From: Flaccisagitta enflata
Taxonomy: Eukaryota
Length of the DNA stretch: 64,000 nucleotides
Reading direction: 5' to 3'
Assembly (NCBI GenBank): GCA_965153355.1
Contig: OZ231126.1
Coordinates: forward strand, 2,914,001-2,978,000
Every line of letters begins with the position of its first letter. Position 1 is the stretch's first letter. Positions 40,258-64,000 of the stretch are shown in pieces. The notes under the pieces were generated by a model. The model saw only the letters and a program-made list of their open reading frames with translations. It made no database searches and was not told the origin of the DNA. The position numbers and the translations under genes were made by a program.

Positions 40258-41468
40258 AGACTATGAAAACAGTCTTTGAAAAAATATATCCTTCTTCAAT
40301 GGAACGTACCAACCTACTGTCCGTGTATTATTGCCTCAATGATCTATTCGACGCGTGAGTTCGTGTTGCCGATTTGTTTACATTTTTTGCTTGATTGATT
40401 GTTCTTTTAGTCCGAGTGATTGATTGTTTGATTTTTTTACCGTGTATTTTTGTCACTGATTGATTTCTTTCGATTGTTGTGTTGGTGCGAGTGTTAAGTG
40501 TGTTGGTACGAGTGTTAAGTGTGTCGGTACGTGTGTTAAGTGTGTTGGTACGAGCGTTAAGTGTGTTGGTGCGAGTGTTGAATGTGTTGGTGCTAGTCTT
40601 GGTGCAAGATGTGGGCGAACCACCTGTTCACAAAATGTCAGTCATTGGCCATTCATTGCAACGACATAATTGACAGCTTGGTCCATCCACGGACAGCTTG
40701 GTACAACTGACTGACTGATTGGTCCATCAACTGACTGCTTGGTACGTCAACTGACTTGTCTGGACCAACTGACTGCTTGATCAATGATCAGTCAACTAAC
40801 TGCTTGGTCATTCACTGACTGATTGCGCCGTCCATCAAAGGAATATGGAGGAATCACATTTTGCTGATTTCTCTCTCGCGCGCGCGCATTCACATTTCTA
40901 CTTCTAGCAAGTTTTAAAAAAGAATTTTAATGATAAACCGATTATGAAATCTGAATTTCCTCTATGCCACTCTCATGACATTTTCTTCAACTATCCGTGT
41001 TTATAGCATGATTATTTTTTTATCTTTTAGAGGTTTAATGTAACGAGGTGAAAACGTTTTATGTTAAACTAGATTATTTAACAGTTAGTACAGGTCATGC
41101 CCCTTTAAACGGTTATTCACTGATTGATCTATTTGTTTTCTGATTCACTGATTGATTTATTCGTTTTCTGTTCGCGTTTTTCAAATCTACGGTTCAAAAG
41201 GGGGGGGACAAAGGTTGTGCTCAAGTTTTCTCTTGTTTATGAGTCGCGTACTAGCTACTAGCGACTCTATGGAAGTCTTTGTCTGTCCTTCGGTCGGTCC
41301 GTTGCTATGTTGATCCTTAATGGACAAATTGAAAGGTGTACAAACGAGCATTTAACATGCTGCGCGCGTGTTGGGGGACGTGGAAAGAGTTGTACGCCCC
41401 TGTCCACCCGCCCGCGACGATATTGTTACCCCGCGTTACTTGTTGACAAACTGCAGTTGAGAAAACTA

Positions 41469-42063
41469 CTACCTAGGAAATATGTTTGGCGACACCTTGA
41501 ACAAGAGATAGCTGAACTTCCTGTTGAGATGAGTAAACATAATTTGTGAGCATTTTAATCTACATAAAAAAATCTACAATCTGAGCGCAATCTCGTCTCT
41601 GTGCGTCAAACCGTTTAGAAATGCCATGTGTTTAAAGTTGATCATGTACTTTCAAAAATGACAAAGATAGTAGAATTTATCTTTTCTTCTACCCTTCCAT
41701 CTTTGAAATGTTCTCAAATCTTACTAAAATATGATAGAAATATGCGGATTGCACCACTGGTAAGCTCTTGAGCTCTAGTTTTATAATCTCATGGATTTAT
41801 AGAAAGATTTTGGAAGGGAAGTAGCTCAAATTTGCAGCCAAAATGACCAAATTCTACTATATTTACCACAACCACCTCTTAGTTGTGATGAACAAACCAA
41901 ACTCGCGGTCCCTTGATTTGATCGAAGATTATTTTTCTCTTTTGTTCTTGTCAGTATGAATATAAAAAAAAAACTAAAAACGATCAGATACACAAGTTTT
42001 GAGCACTTGAGGAGGGGAACATACTGCCAACCCTAAGTGTCGCCAAACTTTTTTCCTAGATAG
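41469..42063. mobile_element. MITE of the same family as 11719-12313, absent from the paralogous site at ~1603
   Basis: Same TIRs and TA flanks; the left duplicate reads gttgaga|cgaagtaaaat. Confidence 0.9.
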
Positions 42064-44752
42064 TATGTTGATTGGGAAAACGGGAAGTAAAATTGCTTGG
42101 GAAGACTTTTTAGGTGCGACAAAGCACCTCTATAACTGGCCGTGTCCGTTGGTCGTTTGGTCGATTGGTCTGTCTGTTGGTAACGCATTTGTTCGACGAT
42201 CCACACGTCGCACCTTATTGGCCTACTTGGCCTGGTTTTTTCCTTATCAACATTTACTAATAATCATTTTTTCTTTAAATCAAGTGGAGCATTTATTTGT
42301 CATTCTTTGCATCCTTCCCAATTGATCAAAGATCATGTCTGTTTTGTTTTGTTTTGTTTTTCTCATCATGTTTGTTAATTCTAACACACACAACCTTTTG
42401 TGTGTGCTTTTCATGATTTTCAGCTTTTCACTTTTTTGTATCATGGTCAATAAGTATATTTCCATTGACTGCTTATTATCCATGTTTCCTATTTACAAGT
42501 TGTTTTAGCACGAATTTTTCGCAATAACAAGCGGTTTAGCATATGGGAAACTACTGATTTTTTTATCTTATATACTGTCGACTTGGGAAACAACTGATTT
42601 TTTAATCCTATATACTGTCGACTTGCTTCATGGTACATTCGGGTGTGTCAATATGCAAATGTTTTTTTAAATAAAATTTTATATTAAACAATATTTCAAA
42701 TTAAATTTCAAATAATTTCTAATTGTTAAATTTAATAATATTAAATCTTCATTTAAATTTTTATTTATTTATCAAATTCATTAATTTCATAATAAATTTT
42801 AATGATAATTTAATTAAAGTATATAAAGATTTTGGTACTTCTGCATATTAACACACCCAAATAACACATTTTCAGTTGCGGCTGCGCAACTCTATACGAG
42901 GCTTTGTCCATCCGTTGGTCCATCCGTCTGTTGGTCAGTCAGTTGGTCCAGGGTCATCGAAAAGATAAATGGAAAAACGAGCTTTTTAGATAATTCTTGT
43001 GTGTAAGAGTTGGGGTAGGGAAAAAGGGTTGGACACCCCTGCCAACCCGTCCGCAATGATGTTGTAACCCCGTGTCACTTGCTTGAAAGTGAGTAGGGGC
43101 TGTGGTTATCCAGTGGCTTGAAATTTTATCATGTAAAGATGTCCGACAAAATCATATTGTTATTACAGATAGGCATTAATAGTATAAGGATGCATTCAAA
43201 TATTTTTCAAGTATAAATCAGAAATTTCCAATAACGCTCAAGATACTTCAGTATGTCTATTGCTCATCTACAAGAATCAAGTTCACTGTAGCAAAATACC
43301 GGTGGTATCTAATCAATGGGCCCCGTTTAAGCTCAGCTGCCACTGCTATATATATAACTGATCCTCAAATGGTGAAATCTATCGTTACTATCATCCAATC
43401 CATCCATTTCAAAGTGATTCAGATTCTTTGTTATTCCCTCCATTTCACAACCCCCCCCCCAAAAAAAAAAAAATTCTTTAGGTTTTATAATTTTAAATTG
43501 ATAAATAAACTTGTGTAAAATTTGCAGTAGAAGCTAAGTTGGACGTAATTCCCAAATTATTACCACTATTAATAAAATATCAAAAGGAATCCATTATCTG
43601 ATGTTAAAATTGACGTTAAGGACTAATGGATGAATCTGATAAATCTTACATGAAGATTAGTTGATGTTACCTGTTTGTTGGGAATCCTTTGGTCATCGTT
43701 AGCTTAGCGTAACAAGTTTTTCTCAAAGGCCGATTTTTCTCTCTCTTTTTTGATGTCATTAGAATTTCATATACTGAACTATTTCCTTTTCATGATACTA
43801 TCCTGAGACTAGTCAAGCAAATCAGGATGATTTACTAACAAGCAATATGGCATACACTTTTTAGTCGCGTGCACGCGACACTATAACTTGCTAGTCAGTG
43901 TCACCATACGCTTTTTCGGCGTTTAGAGGCGATACTTGCATGACTGCTCCTGCCTCAATGCTTTGGTTAACCTTTTTATCGCTGCCCCTGCCCACTCGCA
44001 CGCGATCTTGGTATCCGTGTATCCGGCCTTGTTAGACGCGTGCACCAGTCTGGTAAGTCGTTCTTTCGGTTCACTGGCATGGCAAGTCCGTTACTTAATC
44101 ATATTGCAAGTGGTATCTGCATCAATGCCACTGCCCAATTGTTAGCTACCAGGTTGCAAGAATTGCCCTTAGTTAAGCATGCCAATCGACCCCTTGTCCG
44201 AGGTTGCTAGTTAGGCCCTAACTTCAATTCAATGATACATAGCACAAGAGACAGAAATAAAACGAATAAATTAAAACGAATAAAATCGCTTATAATTTAA
44301 CAGGTTAAAAAAAACCACAAGAAAGGCATTTTAGTGAAAGAGGAAGGGGGGGGGAAAGAGATGATTCGACTAGGCAGTAAATTGTGACTTGATAGGGTTG
44401 CGCCACTTCTGACGCAAGGCCCAGCATTATCTAATGTGAAAGGTATATATATATCTGTTAAAAGGTGCAATCATTTCACTTGTCAAAGTTTTCATCGTAA
44501 ATGATTTAAAACAAATCTGAATACCCTAGACAGCACAATCGATAGTTTACATTCCATTTCCACGAAACATTAATTACTTCTTATACGGATTAATAACAGC
44601 GCCGCGGATAAAGCTCAATTGGGACACCGAAACCCGAAGGAACAATTACAATTGCTTCTTGTAATTATCAAAAATCCCAATTTATATATCTGGACCATAT
44701 TAATCATGACGGTTCCTATATCCTTTTCTCGATTAAGAAACGCTTAACACTA

Positions 44753-45353
44753 ACAATAGTACAAGAAAAAACGGAACAACTTGTTTTGCTTATTTTTGCT
44801 GAACTGAGAGATTAAACCATAGAAAATTCATGACCGTTTGAAAGCTCTGCAAAAGATCTTTCAAACACCACGTTGCTGGTCATTCTAGTGTTATTCGTTT
44901 AGAAATGGCATTGGAATGAGTAAAAACATTGCCCCATTCAATTTTGCGTTTGTTTGAATGAAAAGGTTTTGTAAAAAGACATAGTTAACTTTAACAAACT
45001 CTAACTTTTAAACCGTTTGAGATACAGACCTGGGATTGGTCTAAAATGAAAGAAAATTTAAAAATCTTTAAAATCCTTCTGAGAAAAAGTTCAATTAATC
45101 ATTTTTTTGTCTTTTTCCCATGGATTATCAAAAAGATGCAGCTTCTTCAACTTCAACTTTCACAACTGGGACTACCTGCTCTTTATTTTTATGCCATTTC
45201 TAAACGAATAAAGCTAGGACAACCAGCAAGGTCGCATTTGAAAGATCTTTCGCAGAGCTTCAAAACGGTCATGGATTTTGCTATGTTTTTCTCATTGGAT
45301 GATTACAAAACACTGACAAACATTTTGTTCCGTTTTTTTTTTTGTGCTACTGT
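44753..45353. mobile_element. ~600-bp MITE with long imperfect inverted arms, TA TSD, absent from the paralogous site at ~4290
   Basis: ta|acaatagtacaagaaaaaacggaacaa ... ttgttccgttttttttttgtgctactgt|ta; empty site taacactgaatgtaac in the left copy. Confidence 0.85.
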
Positions 45354-45680
45354 TAAATGCAATATTTCACTTGAATTGCCTAATACTAAATTAACAGACC
45401 GATGGACGAATTAGCGGACAAATGGACAAACCAGCGGACAAATACCAGCGGACGAATGGACAAACCAGCGGACAAATAGATGACTGGACGGACAGGATCA
45501 GGCTTCATTCAGACATGCGCATGGGCGCATCAAAAAAATGGCTTACTAATTTTATAAGTAGTATAACGAATAGACGCACAGTCTGACATTCAAAAATCAT
45601 CCATCATCAAGTCAATCAAAAAAGCGACTACAAGAGAAATATAATAGTTAACAATCGCCATATATAAAATTCTGATTACT

Positions 45681-59858
<14,178 letters not shown>

Positions 59859-61392
59859 CTGTCACAAGCGGACCGTTATGAGGGGATTTTGATTCATTAA
59901 CCGTTAAAGCGGCTATAACTGTCTCTCACTCCCAAGGGAAGCTCTTAATGATCATCAACTGACACCGGTACAGATTAGACGAATGACACGTAAACACGGG
60001 CAACGTCACTTCGGTGATGAGTTTATCTAAATTTGACACGATGACAAGTTTATTGTTTGCGAAAGGAGAAGTCGAAAAAAAGCCAGGATCTTTTAGTCAA
60101 ACAGTCGGGTATTTTGACCGTTATCCTGCCAAAACTAGTTCCGCTGCGATATAAGCGCCAATTTTCATCTTTGAGTAAACAACGGAGGATGATGATGGGA
60201 GCTTTCGCGCAAAAACCTGCACAGTCATGCGCCGGAAATGCATTTTTTCTACTGAATTTGACTCAAACATTATAAACGGACAGACCGACAGTCACAGTTC
60301 ACCTCTGTTGAAGACTAAGCACCGCTAAGTATCAATGACCGATTCACAGGTGAGGAAAAAGTTTTTTGTTTCCCACCCCTACCCACAGCCCAAACCAGTC
60401 CTTGCATGTTACATTTCAGGTATCTAGCACGTTTAGCGTTATCACATTTTTGTGTCCTCATCTGCATGAACACATTTAAATCGCTGAATGACAGTTGGCG
60501 TAGTGCAAACAAAGGAATCAACAAAGAAGCTCAATGGAAGCGCGCGACCAAGAGTCAACAATCGTTCTTTTTTTTCTTTTTCATTCTCGCGCAACAAAGA
60601 TAGCAGAAAAATATTAAAACCGGTTTGCCCGCGAGCGCGAGACAAGAAGTATTCCAATTGCTCAAAACAAGACACACGAAAACCAAAAGTCATCAGGTCA
60701 TCCATCTAAGTTGTCTAAATATGGTAAGCCTTTACTCATTAATGCCTGAAATCATGTTTTTGAAATTTAATTAGTTTTCAAGCGTACACATTGATATTTT
60801 TGTATGTAAAATTTCACTCATTTTGGTCTAATGGTTTGTCTTTTACATGTATTTGAAGGAAAACCTTATGTTTCCCCACTGAGAAGATCTTCTATCAAAA
60901 TCCAAAATTTTTCATGTTAACATTATATTTTCTTTTTGAATGATTTTAGCCAACAATCTAGATAAGCCTTGAATGATTAATGATCAACTAAATTGAATAT
61001 TCTTTTTTCAAATCATCTTCAATTCAAGACAGGATTCTTAATTTTCATGAAAAATTTGTCAATCGGGAGCGGGGAAAACTAATGGATCGATGGATTTAAA
61101 TCCATGCAAAATACAAACTACTTGACCAAAATGGATGAAGCTTTGATACAAAAACATTAAAGTATACTCTTTAAGAATAGATCAATCTTAAATGATTGAC
61201 TACTACCATTTATGAGTAGAAGCTGAACAGAATCCGACAACTCAGGTGGATGACCCGGTATTATTCATTTTGAATACGATTCGATTAACTGCTGGGCATC
61301 GGTAATTCAATTTTACCACCGCAAACTCCTTAAGTCGATTTCTAATCGTGGATTCACGATTTTCAAACGTCAATAAGCCCACTTTGGAGAAA

Positions 61393-63887
61393 ATGACTTC
61401 GACAAGCAAACTTCGAAACAATGCAAACCACAGGCCCGTAAATGGAAACCCGGCCCACGAGCCGATCAAAGTCACATTAGCCGGCAAAGAGTCGATGCTC
61501 AAAACTCAGATCTCGGGAATCAAGACTCAAATCGCGGAGGAGGGCTTCAAGCGGCCGTGTTGGCGAGTGTTCCTGGCCACCACTTCCGCTCATGGATATC
61601 CTCGTATCGTTGACGAAAAATACCCAATGCTTGTCAGACTGGTTTGGGTGCTGCTTTGGTAAGTTCGTGAGTGTTCCTGGCCACCATTTCTGCTCATGGG
61701 TATCCCCGTTTCGTTGACGAGAAATACTCGCTGTTTGTCAGACTAGTCTGGGTGCTGCCTTGGTAAGTTTGTGAGCGTTTCTGGCCACCACTTCCGGCTC
61801 ATGGATATCCTCGTATCGTTGATGAGAAATACCCACTGTTTGTCAGACTTAGGGCCGGCAGTAGTTAACTTTAACTAGTTAGTTAACTAGTTAATTTTCT
61901 GAAAACGGTAGTAGTTAACTAGACCAAATTAACTAGTTAAAATAGTTAAAACAAAAACAGTAAATGTTGAATTGTTCAGGTTTTTGAAACACTTTAAGCT
62001 GTTGAAAATAGATTTGTAAGCCTGCTTTTTGTTCAAAATAGTGACTGCAATTACTGATAGTGTTTTATGCACCAATATGTGGAATCATCTTAGGATTATA
62101 GCAAGTGATCCAGAATGGGTCAGAAACTCAGAACGCTTTCAATTAGGTCATTAGACCCAAGTCGACTATTTCTCTCTATTCTGCCTCTTTGGTAATTCCA
62201 ATCATCCTTCTCAGTCCAAATTGTCTTTTTGGGCCTATCAATAAAACCCATCTCTTCTGCAGACTATCATTGCTCAAGTAAATGTGTTTTTTATCTGATT
62301 GCATATGGATTTATCAATTGCACTAAATTGAATGTTTATAAGTCTGTATCTGTCAGTTGATTGGTCTGTCAGCCTGTCTGCCACTCAATCATTCCACATT
62401 TTAGTTTTGTTTCAGTTTTCTGTGAATTACTCATACAACAACTTAGTTTATTGAAGCAAAGGACATCAGATCATCTACAAGCAAGTATTCATGATTTTTT
62501 AACAATTTGGCTAGTTCATTGATCAATTACCTGTCAAAATAAAAAATGAAATAGTTGTTCAACAACCTCTGCGTCTTTTGTTGAGGTAGAAAGAGTTTAC
62601 AATGCAGCAGGACTGTGTTTCTAAAGTGATAGTTTCTCTCTCTAACAGGAATGTTGATAATCTTTGCTTTCTATGAAATTACTTGTCTTGAAAAATCTAT
62701 TATTTGGCTCCTCGTTTAGTAATAATGGACTTGATGTTTGACCTGCTTTGATTTAGGGTTGATAAAATCTTGAAACAATCATTGTTCGCCATTTGAACTA
62801 ATTTTATGGTTATTCTGCATTATGCCATCATGATCATGATAGATTTCAAAAACATTTCAACACTTGGCTGAGAGATACAAGGCTTACCAAAGAGTTCACG
62901 CTTGAAAACGGTGGAAGCTGGTTTTAACTACATTAGTAGTTAACTAGGCTAGAATGTAGTTAGTTAACTATTAACTAGTTAATTTGAAATCCTTAACTAC
63001 TGCCGGTCCTAGTCAGACTGGTATAGGTTTTGCTTTGGTAAGTTTGTGTTTCTGGCCACCACTTCTGCTCATGGATATCCTTGTATCGTTGACGAGAAAT
63101 ACCCGCTGTTTGTCAGACTGGTCTGGGTGCTGCTTCGGTAAGTTTGTGAGTGTTTCTGGCCACCACTTCCGGCTCATGGGCATCCTTGTATCATTGACAA
63201 AAAATACCCGCTGCTCGTCACACTAGTCTGGGTCCTGCTTTGGTGAGTTTCTAAGTGTTTCTAGCCACCACATCCCCTCATCCCTGGGTATACTCGTATC
63301 GTTGACGAGCAATACTTGCTGCTTGTCAGACTGGTCTGGGTTTGGCTTTGGTGAGTCTATGACTGAGTCTGTTTCTTGCCAACGTGATAAGTTCCGAGTA
63401 CAATTGTCCTTCACTGTAGGTCACATGACAACTAGGGACTGAGCAAATATATGCCTCATAATAAAACTGATATTTGCTAATATAGTAATAAAATTGAATC
63501 CCACTCTAACAAACAGACAACAATTGTCTGATGTGGATAGATTACCAGATTTGCACATGATCAAAGACCAAATAATAATAATGGATCTTTACTCGTGAAT
63601 CCACTTTGGCGAGGTTCCACTGTTAATCCATTGTTTCTTTCTCCCATATAAAAGCGTAAGCGCACTGACGGCATTCATCTTTTGCTGCCACTGCGTGTTC
63701 ACATCTTGGATGGCGTCTCCAACATATAACACGATGGAAATGAAGATCATCGATGACGTTGGCGTCCTGCCCGCAGTCTCAATATGCAACGAAAACGCTT
63801 TCCGGAAAAGCAAAATTCTCAACCTGAATTTGTCCCAATTGGAAAACCAAAATGAGAGACTGAGAAGAGCATTGACAAAACTCAGAG
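61393..63887 (+). CDS. DEG/ENaC (ASIC-like) ion channel subunit, first two coding exons; gene continues beyond the window
   Basis: Exons 61393-61658 and 63655-63887 (phase 2 intron). FLATTSAHGYPRI (HG motif)...RLVWVLL-TM1...LPAVSICNENAFRKS (cf. FPAVTICNxN). Confidence 0.9.
61659..63357 (+). repeat. Five ~103-bp copies of the ENaC exon-1 3' end plus donor; second copy split by a hAT MITE
   Basis: ctggccaccacttc..ctcatggatatcc..gtatcgttgacga.aaatac...gtcagactggtctgggt...tttg|gt(a/g)agt at ~61667, 61771/63020, 63045, 63145 and 63252. Confidence 0.93.
61850..63011. mobile_element. hAT-type non-autonomous element with 8-bp TSD
   Basis: TSD gtcagact at 61842-61849 and 63012-63019; TIRs tagggccggcagtagttaa / ttaactactgccggtccta; subterminal tagttaac repeats. 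Confidence 0.93.
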
Positions 63888-64000
63888 GTGAGTTCGAATA
63901 GGTAACCCCAGATATGCTAATGAGACAGTGAAGAATCAAATGACTTGCAGATTTGAAAGCAATCTCTCATCATGATCTCGAATACAGAATTTAGGAACTA

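Overview
Animal (probably invertebrate) nuclear DNA, repeat-rich, with GT-AG spliced genes assembled by hand. (1) A 13-exon OATP/SLCO transporter on + (26965-40257), frame intact, N-terminal exons not found. (2) A convergent ARHGEF10-like gene on - (59858-45681, 10 exons, beta-propeller/C-terminal part only). (3) The first two exons of a DEG/ENaC channel on + (from 61393). (4) A 4-exon, ~935-aa gene on - (25427-12819) that appears to join a permuted papain-like (PPPDE/LRAT-type) domain, a degenerate NERD-like segment and an SF1/Schlafen-like helicase. (5) A diverged second copy (1-~7420) of the OATP 3' end, intergenic DNA and ARHGEF10-like 3' end. Also present are a 5'-truncated LINE RT, TA- and 8-bp-TSD MITEs, Helentron-like (HINE/DINE) repeats and many micro/minisatellites. 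The most striking pattern is that about 17 splice junctions in three unrelated genes are tandemly amplified into the adjoining intron (1 to ~27 copies). Donor copies lie downstream of the functional exon, acceptor copies lie upstream, and several arrays decay with distance from the exon.
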